Below, one piece after another: positions 31,297-40,644 of a stretch of DNA of 64,000 nt. Origin of the DNA: an uncultured Acidimicrobiaceae bacterium (lineage in GTDB: Bacteria; Actinomycetota; Acidimicrobiia; Acidimicrobiales; Bog-793); the NCBI GenBank assembly GCA_963838845.1, contig CAWISR010000003.1, positions 1,092,322-1,156,321 on the forward strand, in the 5' to 3' direction. The translations under genes were made by a program, and so were the position numbers. Every line of letters begins with the position of its first letter. Position 1 is the first letter of the stretch. Below the pieces are notes generated by a model. That model was not told the DNA's origin, made no database searches, and saw nothing but the letters and a program-made list of their open reading frames with translations.

Positions 31297-32238
31297 ATGC
31301 TCATCATTCAGCGCCCCACTGTCGAAGCGATCGGCGAAGAGGAAGAGAACCGGCAACGCTTCTCGATCGGCCCGCTCGACCCGGGCTTCGGTTACACGAT
31401 CGGCAACACGCTGCGCCGCACGCTCCTGTCGTCGATCCCGGGTGCCGCGGTCACCCAGATCCGATTCGACGACGCCCTCCACGAATTCACCTACCTACCG
31501 GGCGTGAAAGAGGACGTCTCCGACATCATCTTGAACCTCAAAGACCTCGTCCTCACGGTCGCGACCGAAGAGCGCGTCACGCTCCGCCTCGACGTGCGCG
31601 GGCCCGCCGAGGTCACCGCCGCCGACCTGAAGGTGACCTCCGACGTCGAGATCCTCAACCCGGACCTGCACATCGCGACCGTGAACGCGAAGGGCCGCCT
31701 GGCGATGGACGTCACCGTCGAGCAGGGCAAGGGCTACGTCTCCGCGGAGAAGAACAAGCACTCCTCGACGATCGGCGTGATCCCGGTGGACGCGATCTTT
31801 TCGCCCGTTCGCCGCGTGGCGTTCAGCGTCGAGCCGACCCGCGTCGAGCAATCCACCGACTATGACCGGCTCGTCTTGGACATCGAGACCGACGGCTCGA
31901 TCGGCCCGCGCGCCGCGCTCTCGTCGGCCGGCCAGACGCTGCGGGCCCTCGTCAGCCTCGTCGCCGACCTCTCTGACGAGGCCCACGGCCTCGAGCTCGG
32001 TGACGCCGGCACGATCACGAGCGGCTCCCCGGACCTCGACCGCCCGATCGAGGAGCTCGACTTGACCGAGCGCCCGCGCAACTGCCTGAAGCGCGCCCAG
32101 ATCAACACGATCGGCGAGCTCGTGCAGCGCACGCCCGCTGAGCTGCTCGCGATCACGAACTTCGGTCAAAAAAGCCTCGACGAGGTGCTGCAGCGCCTCG
32201 ACGAGCGCGGGCTGTCGCTCGCCGGCGAAGGGTACTGA
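31297..32238 (+). CDS. rpoA: DNA-directed RNA polymerase subunit alpha
   Basis: ...FSIGPLDPGFGYTIGNTLRRTLLSSIPGAAVTQIRFDDALHEF...; C-terminal domain ...LDLTERPRNCLKRAQINTIGELV. Confidence 0.98.
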   Translation: MLIIQRPTVEAIGEEEENRQRFSIGPLDPGFGYTIGNTLRRTLLSSIPGAAVTQIRFDDALHEFTYLPGVKEDVSDIILNLKDLVLTVATEERVTLRLDVRGPAEVTAADLKVTSDVEILNPDLHIATVNAKGRLAMDVTVEQGKGYVSAEKNKHSSTIGVIPVDAIFSPVRRVAFSVEPTRVEQSTDYDRLVLDIETDGSIGPRAALSSAGQTLRALVSLVADLSDEAHGLELGDAGTITSGSPDLDRPIEELDLTERPRNCLKRAQINTIGELVQRTPAELLAITNFGQKSLDEVLQRLDERGLSLAGEGY

Positions 32239-32241
32239 GTC

Positions 32242-32601
32242 GTGCCCGCCGCGCCGAAGAAGGGCCAGCGACTCGGCGGTGATGCCGCTCATCAAAAGGC
32301 GATGCTCGGCAACCTCGTCGCGTCGCTGATCGCGGCGGAAGCGATCGTGACGACTGAGGCGAAGGCGAAGGCGTTGCGCCCCGTCGCAGAAAAGCTCGTG
32401 ACCAAGGCTCGCGAAGGCGGCGTGCACAACCAACGCGAGGTCGTCGCGTTCCTGCGCGACAAGGAGATGGCCCACAAACTGTTTTCCGAGATCGGTCCGC
32501 GGTACGCCGACCGCAACGGTGGTTACCTGCGGATCCTGAAGCTCGGGACCCGCAACGGCGACGCGGCACCGATGGCACGCGTCGAGTTCGTCGAGCCGTA
32601 A
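32242..32601 (+). CDS. rplQ: 50S ribosomal protein L17
   Basis: GTG start; PAAPKKGQRLGGDAAHQKAMLGNLVASLIAAEAIVTTEAKAKALRPVAEKLVTKA... Confidence 0.96.
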   Translation: MPAAPKKGQRLGGDAAHQKAMLGNLVASLIAAEAIVTTEAKAKALRPVAEKLVTKAREGGVHNQREVVAFLRDKEMAHKLFSEIGPRYADRNGGYLRILKLGTRNGDAAPMARVEFVEP

Positions 32602-32608
32602 TAGCGCG

Positions 32609-33475
32609 GTGGCGACCGCGACCGACCCCGAACCCACACCGTCAACACCGCTCGCGTCGTCGACCCGTCGCGTCGCGCTCGGAATCGCCTACGACGGCAC
32701 GAATTTCCACGGCTTCGCGGCGCAACCGGGTCAACGCACGGTGGCGGGCGAGATCCGAGATGCACTGCGCACGCTCTTTGGCGGGGACGCGACGATCGTC
32801 TGCGCGGGCCGCACCGATGCCGGCGTCCATGCCGCGGCGCAGGTTGCGCACGTCGATCTCGACACCGAGGTCCTCTCCTCGCGCTATCGCTTGGACGACG
32901 GCGTGACCTGCCCTGAGCTCCCCGATCTCGCGAGGAGCCTCGACGCGCTCGTCGGCCCGGAGATCACGATCTGGCGCGCGCTCGTCACGCCGGAGGGTTT
33001 CGATGCGCGGCGCTCGGCGTTGTCGCGGCGCTACCGCTACGAGATCGATACGAGCGTGCGCCCCGATCCGCTGCGGCGCTCGGCGAGCTGGCACGTCCCC
33101 GCGCACCTCGACCTCTCGGCGATGCGAATCGCGGCGGACGCCTTGCTGGGGGAGCACGACTTCGCCGGATTCTGCCGGCGTCCGCGGAACGACGATGGCG
33201 GGCCGATCCGCCGGCGGGTGATCGACGCCCGCCTCGACGGCGCGCAGCCCGGCGTGTTCGTCTTCGAGATCGAGGCGAACGCGTTCTGCCATCAGATGGT
33301 GCGCTCGATCGTCGGCACCCTCGTCGCCGCCGGGCGGGGAACGCGACGACCGAGCGAGGTGATGCGGCTCCTCGCCGCCGGGGATCGTGCGGGCGCCGCC
33401 GACCCCGCGCCTCCGACCGGGCTCTACCTCGTCGCCGTGCGCTACCCGGAGGAGCTCACCGGCACGTGGAACTGA
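32609..33475 (+). CDS. truA: tRNA pseudouridine(38-40) synthase TruA
   Basis: RVALGIAYDGTNFHGFAAQPGQRTVAGEIRDAL...VCAGRTDAGVHAAAQVAHVDL...; the exact start is uncertain. Confidence 0.9.
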   Translation: MATATDPEPTPSTPLASSTRRVALGIAYDGTNFHGFAAQPGQRTVAGEIRDALRTLFGGDATIVCAGRTDAGVHAAAQVAHVDLDTEVLSSRYRLDDGVTCPELPDLARSLDALVGPEITIWRALVTPEGFDARRSALSRRYRYEIDTSVRPDPLRRSASWHVPAHLDLSAMRIAADALLGEHDFAGFCRRPRNDDGGPIRRRVIDARLDGAQPGVFVFEIEANAFCHQMVRSIVGTLVAAGRGTRRPSEVMRLLAAGDRAGAADPAPPTGLYLVAVRYPEELTGTWN

Positions 33476-33566
33476 GCTCCACAGCCACACTCGCCGGAAG
33501 CGCAGGCGGTGTAATCGCGCGGCGTGGGGGCGGGTCGGAGAGACTGTCCGGCACGGAGGTCAGCAA

Positions 33567-33794
33567 GTGAGCGAACCCGCAGACGAACACGAGAAGGGCA
33601 CCGGCGAACTGCTCGGCGTCCCCTATGACGTGCGGAAGCCGACCGCGGCGCGCGTGAAGTCGCGAATGTGGAATCCCGACGACCGGCGCATGTTCCCGCC
33701 GAAGGTCTTCGGCTGGGGCTGGACGATCAACGCCTACTGGCTCGTGCACCCCGGCAAGTACCTTCGCCAGGACCGTCAAAAGCCGTCCAGCTGA
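33567..33794 (+). CDS. Small conserved protein, DUF5808-like
   Basis: The GTG is preceded by GGAGGT at a 6-nt spacing. ...LLGVPYDVRKPTAARVKSRMWNPDDRRMFPPKVFGWGWTINAYWLV. The family assignment is from memory of the GVPYD.R.PT / FGWGW.IN pattern. Confidence 0.5.
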   Translation: MSEPADEHEKGTGELLGVPYDVRKPTAARVKSRMWNPDDRRMFPPKVFGWGWTINAYWLVHPGKYLRQDRQKPSS

Positions 33795-33978
33795 GGCGAG
33801 AGCAGGCCTCGAGCGAGACACTCGGGCGCCCGCATTCGTGTCCGGGGGCGTCCCGGGTCCCAGGATTCGGCCCGCCCGCGCAGCTCGTATACTCTTGGGA
33901 CCTGCTCACGGCGCATTTCGGTCGTTCGCCGCGTCCTGAGCTCGAAGACGAGGCGGAGCCTCGAGACAAAGGATCAGG

Positions 33979-34428
33979 GTGCGCACCTTTTCTCCAAAGC
34001 AGGCCGACATCGTTCGCGAGTGGCACACCATCGACGCCGATGGCGTCGTCCTTGGGCGTCTCGCGACCGAAGTCGCAACCCTGCTGCGCGGCAAGCACAA
34101 GGCGATCTTCGCCCCGAACGTCGACACCGGCGACCACGTGATCGTGGTCAACGCCGCGAAGGTCGTGCTGACCGCCAACAAGGCCGAGAGCAAGCTCGCC
34201 TACCACCACAGCGGTTACCCCGGCGGCTTGCGCACCCAGACCTACGCCTCGATGCTCGAAAAGCAGCCGGAAGAGGTCATCCGACGCGCCGTGCGGGGCA
34301 TGCTCCCGAACGGCACCCTCGGTCGTCAGATGCTGAACAAGTTGAAGGTGTACGCCGGCCCGGACCACCCGCACGCCGCCCAGATGCCAAAGCCGCGTCC
34401 GCTCTCGAGCACGCGCTCGGCCCGCTGA
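33979..34428 (+). CDS. rplM: 50S ribosomal protein L13
   Basis: GTG start; [58 protein letters not shown]... Confidence 0.97.
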   Translation: MRTFSPKQADIVREWHTIDADGVVLGRLATEVATLLRGKHKAIFAPNVDTGDHVIVVNAAKVVLTANKAESKLAYHHSGYPGGLRTQTYASMLEKQPEEVIRRAVRGMLPNGTLGRQMLNKLKVYAGPDHPHAAQMPKPRPLSSTRSAR

Positions 34429-34441
34429 AGAGGACGAGCTG

Positions 34442-34834
34442 ATGCCACGACCCCTTACACAATCGACAGGACGGCGCAAGGCGGCCGTCGCGCGTGTCCG
34501 GCTCGTCGCCGGTGACGGCAAGGTGATCGTCAACCGTCGTCCGATCGAGGAGTATTTCTCGTCGGTGTCGTCACGGGTGCACGCCACCGAGCCCCTCCGG
34601 GTCGCCGGTCGGTCGGACCGCTATGACGTCGTTGCGACCATCGACGGTGGCGGGATAACCGGCCAGGCGGGCGCGCTCCGGCTCGGGATCGCCCGTGGGC
34701 TCGTCGAAGTCGATCCGGAACTGCGCACCACCTTGAAGCGCGCCGGGCTGCTGACGCGCGACGCGCGCGAGAAGGAGAGCAAGAAGTACGGCCTGAAGAA
34801 GGCCCGCAAGGCACCGCAGTACTCGAAGCGCTGA
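34442..34834 (+). CDS. rpsI: 30S ribosomal protein S9
   Basis: ...[32 protein letters not shown]...[28 protein letters not shown]. Confidence 0.97.
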   Translation: MPRPLTQSTGRRKAAVARVRLVAGDGKVIVNRRPIEEYFSSVSSRVHATEPLRVAGRSDRYDVVATIDGGGITGQAGALRLGIARGLVEVDPELRTTLKRAGLLTRDAREKESKKYGLKKARKAPQYSKR

Positions 34835-34850
34835 TCGCGCTGGAGTTGCA

Positions 34851-36197
34851 ATGTCGTTGCGCTTCGGGACCGATGGCATCCGGGGCGTCGCCAATCGTGA
34901 GCTGACCCCGGAGGTCGCCCTCGCGCTCGGCCATGCGAGCGCGCGCCACCTTCAGGGTTCGGCGTTCTTCGTCGGCTCAGACACGCGGCGCTCGAGCCCG
35001 ATGCTGAAAGCAGCGCTCGTTGCCGGGCTCGCGTCTGAAGGGCGTCATGTCTTCGACCTCGGCGTCCTGCCGACGCCCGGTCTCGCGTGGATCGTCGCCT
35101 CTCGTGGGATTCCGGGCGCGATGGTGTCGGCTTCGCACAATCCCTTCCCGGACAACGGGATCAAGCTCATTTCGGAAAAGGGTACGAAGCTCTCCGACGC
35201 GCTCGAGCGCGAAATCGAGTCCGACCTCGCCCGCGTCCTCGTAGCCGCCCCCATCGAAGGACAGGAGCACTTGGTCGGGGAAGCGCTCGGCGAGATCGAG
35301 GACGCCCAGAAACTGGTCGGTGAATACGTCGACCACCTCGTGCAGTCCGTCGACGTGCCGTCCGATTTCGCGGTCCAGATCGTTTGTGATTGCGGGAACG
35401 GCGCCGCATACCAGGTCGCGCCGGCCGTCTTCGAGCGCCTCGGGATCGACGCGATGGTGATCAACGACACTCCCGACGGGACGAACATCAACGCGAAGTG
35501 CGGCGCAACGGCACCGATGATGCTCGGGCAGGTGGTGGTCGAGAGCGGCGCGGACCTCGGCCTGAGCTTCGACGGCGACGCTGATCGGATGATCGCTGTC
35601 GATGGGCTGGGAAACGTCGTCGACGGCGATGTGCTGATGGCCCTCTTCGCCCTCGATCTGAAGGATCGTGGCGAGCTCGCGAATAACGCCGTTGTCGCGA
35701 CGGTGATGAGCAATCTCGGATTGCGAAGGACGCTGATCCGCGGTGGCATCGAGCTGATCGAAACGCCCGTCGGCGACCGCTACGTCGCGGACGCGATCGA
35801 CGAACTCGGTCTCGTGCTCGGCGGTGAGCAGTCCGGCCACATCGTCTTCCGGAAGTACGCGACGACGGGCGACGGAGTCCTGACCGGGATCAAGCTCCTC
35901 GAGCTTGTCGCACGCTCGGGCCTCAGCCTCGCCGAGCTCGCGGACGACGCGCTGACCCGGGTGCCACAGGAGCTGCGCAACGTGAAAGTCATGTCCCCGG
36001 ATCGTCTCGAGACGGCGTCAGGCGTTTGGAAGGCGGTCGCCGAGGTCGAAGCGCGCCTCGGTGATTCCGGGCGGGTCGTCATCCGTCCGAGCGGAACCGA
36101 GTCGGCAGTGCGCGTCATGGTCGAAGCTGACGATGTGGAAATGGTCGATCGGGCGCTTTCAGCGATCGTCGAGGCCGTCGAGCTGGAACTCGGCTGA
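34851..36197 (+). CDS. glmM: Phosphoglucosamine mutase
   Basis: MSLRFGTDGIRGVANRELTPEVALALG...GAMVSASHNPFPDNGIKLI...FDGDADRMIAVD... Confidence 0.95.
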   Translation: MSLRFGTDGIRGVANRELTPEVALALGHASARHLQGSAFFVGSDTRRSSPMLKAALVAGLASEGRHVFDLGVLPTPGLAWIVASRGIPGAMVSASHNPFPDNGIKLISEKGTKLSDALEREIESDLARVLVAAPIEGQEHLVGEALGEIEDAQKLVGEYVDHLVQSVDVPSDFAVQIVCDCGNGAAYQVAPAVFERLGIDAMVINDTPDGTNINAKCGATAPMMLGQVVVESGADLGLSFDGDADRMIAVDGLGNVVDGDVLMALFALDLKDRGELANNAVVATVMSNLGLRRTLIRGGIELIETPVGDRYVADAIDELGLVLGGEQSGHIVFRKYATTGDGVLTGIKLLELVARSGLSLAELADDALTRVPQELRNVKVMSPDRLETASGVWKAVAEVEARLGDSGRVVIRPSGTESAVRVMVEADDVEMVDRALSAIVEAVELELG

Positions 36198-36282
36198 ATC
36201 GACGACGGTATCGAGCGTTATCTCGTGCAGGCGTCGATGACGACGGCGAGCCTCCAGTCCTCCCTGTTCAGCTCCTGCGGCT

Positions 36283-38073
36283 TCATGGTCCGGTAGCCCG
36301 CCACGTGACGTCGAAGGAATCTCCGGACCCGTAGTCGGTAGGGGTATCGACCTCGTCAAGGACCGACGTGTCGGCGTTGTTCACCATGTCCATCCCGGTC
36401 GTGCTGTAGTCCGTGATGGGCTCGGCTGGGCTGCTGGCGGTTGCCGCATTCGCGTCCGAGAAGAAGGCTGTCCCAAAATTTGCCAGCTGAGGGAATGCGC
36501 AATTTGAGCAGGTCTCTGGCCGCTCGACGATCCATTCCGCTGACGACTCTGCTGCTCCAGAGAAATCGATCGTCGTCGAGAAGGACCCGCTCCAGTGCGA
36601 GTCATCGAGAGTGAGCGTCCATTGCTCTCCTGAGATACTGACGGAGGCAGTGATTTCGTCGCCAGGAGAGACCGGATACTGAGAGGGGCTCAGCTCGACC
36701 TCGTAACCGCCGTCGACGGCGGGATCGCCATACATTTCGTACCAGGCGTCGTATTGAGCCGTGCCGCCCCGACAGTCCGATTCCGTTCCGTCCTGCTCAA
36801 CCGTCGAACTTGCGAAGCCGTCGATCCCAATCCACTGGGACGAGTACTGGTCGGTGGTTACTCCAAGACAGGAGACCGAAGCCACGGTCCAGCTCGCGGT
36901 GACGTCTTCGAAGGTGGATGCTGCACACGGATCCGTGACCGCGTAACCGGACCAGTTCGTCGATCCCGCCGTCCCGACTGTCAATTCGGCGGCGTCTGTC
37001 GTCGTCGAGCCCAAACCGCTCGTGAACACCGCCTCGACTTCTTCGTTGTTGTCAGACGTGGTCGCCGAGAACGAGTAACAGGACGAAGTCTGCCCCGAGA
37101 CCGGTTGCCAGGTCGCCCCGTCATTAGTCGAGACTTGCCATTGAATTGCGGGCGTTGGGGATCCCGAAGCCTCTGCGGTGAACCAGGCGGTCGTGTTAGC
37201 GAGCACCTCCTCACTCTCGGGTTGTTCGATGATCGCCGGATCGATCGTCAGGGTCGCCGCGTCCGTCGTCGCCGCACCAGCCGAATTGGTGAAGATCGCT
37301 TCGAACTCGTCGCCATCTTCCGACGATGAGGCCGCGAACGAGTAGGAGGTCGATGTCGCACCGCTCACGGTGTTCCACTCGACGCCGCTGTCATCGGAGA
37401 TACGCCACTGGACGGACGGCTGCGGCGTGCCCGACGCACTGGCGGTGAAAGTCGCGGTCGTGCCATCAGGGACGGTCTGGTTCGAGGGCTGAAGTGTGAC
37501 GGTGGGTGCGCTCGTCGTTGAGGAGGGGGGTGGCGGGGGTGAGGGAGGAGGTAAAGGAGACGGAGTGGGTTGCGAGGTGACGAGGGCTGCGGGAGTCGGG
37601 CTACCGCGCTCGACCACTGATACGGTCCGGCGCCTCGAGGTCGTCTCGTTGATGGCGGACAGCTCGAAGCGGAACGAGCGAGGGGATGAGGATGGATTGT
37701 CCGGAAGAGTAATGAGGACGCGACGTGCCCCCGAGGAGCACGGAACGCGTTTCGAAAGATGCGGCTTCGCCGACGTGAAAAGGCAGGTTTGTGCGCCGTT
37801 CACCACGGCGAGAAGTTCGACTCGTCCTCCAGCCGAAGACAGCAGCGCAGGGATCGCCGAGAACTTCGAAATCTGAAGGGCTACAGCGCGCGGCGCAAGT
37901 CCGAGCGAAGCGACGATTCGATGCGTAGCAATGACGCGGGGGGAGCGGTCGGCAGTTTGGGGTCTCCCGCCGTGCGCATTTAACGCACCGAAGGTGGCAG
38001 TACTAAGTAGTGCGACCAATCCGAGGATCGGGCACAGGCGCGCGACTCGGCTCGTGAGCTTCGCGCATGTCAC
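36283..38073 (-). CDS. Secreted multidomain protein: signal peptide, N-terminal domain, Pro-rich linker, two Ig-like (I-set-type) domains and a C-terminal peptidase G1 (eqolisin / Peptidase_A4)-like domain
   Basis: The N-terminus reads MTCAKLTSRVARLCPILGLVALLSTATFGALNA and the linker PTPSPLPPPSPPPPPSS. The two repeats are TVTLQPSNQTVPDGTTATFTASASGTPQPSVQW... and IIEQPESEEVLANTTAWFTAEASGSPTPAIQW... The C-terminal domain carries STNWSGYAV...SSQWIGIDG...VEQDGTE...SAEWIVERPE, which are G1-family hallmarks. Confidence 0.75.
   Translation of the reverse strand: MTCAKLTSRVARLCPILGLVALLSTATFGALNAHGGRPQTADRSPRVIATHRIVASLGLAPRAVALQISKFSAIPALLSSAGGRVELLAVVNGAQTCLFTSAKPHLSKRVPCSSGARRVLITLPDNPSSSPRSFRFELSAINETTSRRRTVSVVERGSPTPAALVTSQPTPSPLPPPSPPPPPSSTTSAPTVTLQPSNQTVPDGTTATFTASASGTPQPSVQWRISDDSGVEWNTVSGATSTSYSFAASSSEDGDEFEAIFTNSAGAATTDAATLTIDPAIIEQPESEEVLANTTAWFTAEASGSPTPAIQWQVSTNDGATWQPVSGQTSSCYSFSATTSDNNEEVEAVFTSGLGSTTTDAAELTVGTAGSTNWSGYAVTDPCAASTFEDVTASWTVASVSCLGVTTDQYSSQWIGIDGFASSTVEQDGTESDCRGGTAQYDAWYEMYGDPAVDGGYEVELSPSQYPVSPGDEITASVSISGEQWTLTLDDSHWSGSFSTTIDFSGAAESSAEWIVERPETCSNCAFPQLANFGTAFFSDANAATASSPAEPITDYSTTGMDMVNNADTSVLDEVDTPTDYGSGDSFDVTWRATGP
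36976..37506 (-). repeat. Two tandem Ig-like domain coding repeats (about 88 aa each)
   Basis: Residues about 190-277 and 279-366 of the ORF are parallel: T(A/W)TFTA(S/E)ASG(T/S)P(Q/T)P(S/A)(V/I)QW...G..W..VSG.TSS.YSF.A...E(F/V)EA(I/V)FT...G..TTDAA.LT(I/V). Confidence 0.8.
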
Positions 38074-38372
38074 AAAGCGAGATTCTTCCAGAACGATTAC
38101 CTAATTCACTGAAATTTTTCGTTCGCGCTCCACGGGGTTGATCGACCGCCGACGGTGATCGACGTAGCGCGTTTTCACTACCCGGGCGACGATCCGGGGT
38201 GGTTTGACAACTACCTCATCGCGCTGAAAGGCAGCACGAGCATTCCCAGCTCGGTCAGCCGAACGTGGCGACGCCTCGACGTTCGCCCCTTCTGGGAGCC
38301 CGTTGCGGGTCGGCACAGATTCGTGGGTCCGTTCTTCACGGGGGAGTGCGTCCCCCCGTAGCCTGGAGCGAT

Positions 38373-40220
38373 ATGTGCGGGATCATCGGAGTCTCCGGTT
38401 CTGAGCAGCCGCTCTCGTTGCTGCTCAGGGGCCTCGAGGCGCTCGAGTATCGCGGCTACGACTCAGCTGGGGTTGCGCTCGTGGACGCGTCTGCTGGCGA
38501 GCTGTATGTGGAGAGATCTGCCGAGCAGACAAGATCCGTCGAAAAGCTCCTCGCGAAGGTGTCGAGCGCGCCCACGACCTCCTCGGCTGGGATCGGCCAC
38601 ACGAGGTGGGCGACGCACGGCGCGCCGGTCGAAGAGAATGCACACCCACAAATCGATTGCAATGCGTCGGTCGCGGTTGTGCACAACGGCATCATCGAGA
38701 ACCACCGCGAGCTCTCATCCGTATTGACCGAACGCGGGCATCATTTTCGGTCGGAGACGGACACCGAGGTGATCGCACACCTGATCGAAGAGGAACTCAA
38801 ACGGGGTTCGCGCCTTCGTGACGCAGTTCGCAAGACGATCGGCTTGCTGCGCGGCGATTTCGCGATTGCTGTTGTCGCACTCGGCGAGCCCGACACGATC
38901 GTCGCCGCTCGCCGGACGTCTCCGTTGATCGTCGGTCTCTCCGACGAGCTCGGGCTCGTTGCCTCCGACATCTCCGCCTTGCTCGAGACCACCCGCCGGC
39001 TTTTTGTTCTCGAAGACGACCAAATTGCCGAGGTCGGACCGGGCCGGGTTGAAGCCTTCGATCTCGAAGGACGCGAGATCGAGCTACGCCCGCTCGAGGT
39101 CTCGTGGTCCGTCGAGGACGCACGTCGCGAGGGGTATCCGGACTTCATGTCAAAGGAGATTCACGAGCAACCGGCCGCGGTTGAACAGACGCTGCTCGGA
39201 CGGACGTCAGCCGACGGCGCGACGGAAATCGAGGAGCTTTCGATTTCGCCTTCGCAGCTCGCGGAGTATTCACGCGTTCTCCTACTTGGATGCGGATCGA
39301 GCTATCACGCGGCTCTCGCCGGGCGGCAATCGATCGAAGCGCTCGCCAACGTTCACGCCGATGCTGACATCTCGAGTGAGTTCCGGTATCGGAGGTCGAG
39401 CGTCGGATCAGAGACGCTCGTGATCGCGATCAGTCAATCTGGTGAGACCGTCGACTCATTGCACGCGATCCGTGAGGCGCGCGCTCGAGGTGCGGCGGTC
39501 ATCACCGTTTCAAACGTCGTGGATTCGGTGATGGCCCGAGAATCGGATGGTGTCTGTTACACCCACGCTGGTCCGGAGATTGGTGTTGCCTCGACGAAAT
39601 GCCACGTCGCACAGGTGGCGCTGTTGCAGGTCTTGGCTCTGCACCTCGCCCGATCTCGTGGGGTCATCGAGGCGGCCGCCGCGAAAGCGTTCGCCTCGAG
39701 CCTGAACGACCTGCCCGATCTCGTCGGACGGGCGGTCGATCGGTTCGACGAATACCGACAGGTCGCGAGGGAGTTCGCATCCGTTGATGACGTGTACTTC
39801 CTCGGGCGGCGGTCCGGCTTGCCGATCGCGATGGAGGGCGCGCTGAAGCTGAAGGAGCTCGCGTACGTGCGCGCCGAGGCATACCCCGCGGGTGAGATGA
39901 AACACGGGCCGATCTCCCTGATCGAACCCGGTGTCGTGGTCGTGGTCGCCGCAACTCGGAATCCGCTCTGGGAAAAGGTGATGGCCAACGTCGAGGAGAT
40001 GCGTGCTCGTGGCGCAACGATCATCGCGATCTGCGATGACGGCGATGACGAGACGAGTGAACTCGTCGACGCCACCCTCTCCATTCCTCCGACGCCGGAA
40101 CTGTTGTCGCCGATCGTCGCTGCCGTCGCGACACAATCGTTCGCCTATGAGGTCGCGCGTGCGCGCGGAAAGAACGTCGATCGTCCGCGCAACCTCGCAA
40201 AGGTCGTCACCGTCGAGTGA
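38373..40220 (+). CDS. glmS: Glutamine--fructose-6-phosphate aminotransferase (isomerizing)
   Basis: MCGIIGVSGSEQPLSLLLRGLEALEYRGYDSAGVAL...; two SIS domains; ...NLAKVVTVE. GGAG lies 6 nt upstream of the ATG at 38373. Confidence 0.97.
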   Translation: MCGIIGVSGSEQPLSLLLRGLEALEYRGYDSAGVALVDASAGELYVERSAEQTRSVEKLLAKVSSAPTTSSAGIGHTRWATHGAPVEENAHPQIDCNASVAVVHNGIIENHRELSSVLTERGHHFRSETDTEVIAHLIEEELKRGSRLRDAVRKTIGLLRGDFAIAVVALGEPDTIVAARRTSPLIVGLSDELGLVASDISALLETTRRLFVLEDDQIAEVGPGRVEAFDLEGREIELRPLEVSWSVEDARREGYPDFMSKEIHEQPAAVEQTLLGRTSADGATEIEELSISPSQLAEYSRVLLLGCGSSYHAALAGRQSIEALANVHADADISSEFRYRRSSVGSETLVIAISQSGETVDSLHAIREARARGAAVITVSNVVDSVMARESDGVCYTHAGPEIGVASTKCHVAQVALLQVLALHLARSRGVIEAAAAKAFASSLNDLPDLVGRAVDRFDEYRQVAREFASVDDVYFLGRRSGLPIAMEGALKLKELAYVRAEAYPAGEMKHGPISLIEPGVVVVVAATRNPLWEKVMANVEEMRARGATIIAICDDGDDETSELVDATLSIPPTPELLSPIVAAVATQSFAYEVARARGKNVDRPRNLAKVVTVE

Positions 40221-40248
40221 GGTCAGCGACGAACCGGGACGCGCATCG

Positions 40249-40620
40249 GTGACGGTGATCGGCATCGGTATCGACGCCGTCGACGTTGAGCGCTTCCGCA
40301 GGGTTCTCGAACGGCGACCCCGCCTCGCCGAACGCGTGTTCACCGACCGCGAACGGGCGGACATGGCGAACCGCCACGACCCTGTCCCGGGTCTCGCGGC
40401 GCGGTTCGCGGCGAAGGAAGCGACGATGAAGGCGCTCGGAATCGGAATCGGGTCGATCCGGTTTTCCGAGGTCGGTGTCGTGCGAGCGACGTCGGGTGCC
40501 CCGTCGCTCGAGCTGATCGGCAACGCGGCGAAACGGGCATCTGAGCTGGGAATCGTTGAACTCAAGGTTTCCCTCACCCACACCGACACCCATGCCGGCG
40601 CGGTTGTCGTCGCCGAATGA
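40249..40620 (+). CDS. acpS: Holo-[acyl-carrier-protein] synthase
   Basis: GTG start chosen by homology; TVIGIGIDAVDVERFRRVLERRPRLAERVFTDRER...RFAAKEATMKALG...SLTHTDTHAGAVVVAE. Confidence 0.88.
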   Translation: MTVIGIGIDAVDVERFRRVLERRPRLAERVFTDRERADMANRHDPVPGLAARFAAKEATMKALGIGIGSIRFSEVGVVRATSGAPSLELIGNAAKRASELGIVELKVSLTHTDTHAGAVVVAE

Positions 40621-40644
40621 CTCTCTCGTGGGAGGGTTGCTGAC

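Noticed and set aside
38100-38372. Possible glmS ribozyme upstream of glmS
   Set aside because: The position is right and a few short segments look similar. However, I could not locate the conserved AGCGCC cleavage core or the GACGAGGA-type core segment. It needs cmscan, so I report it only as an uncharacterised structured leader.
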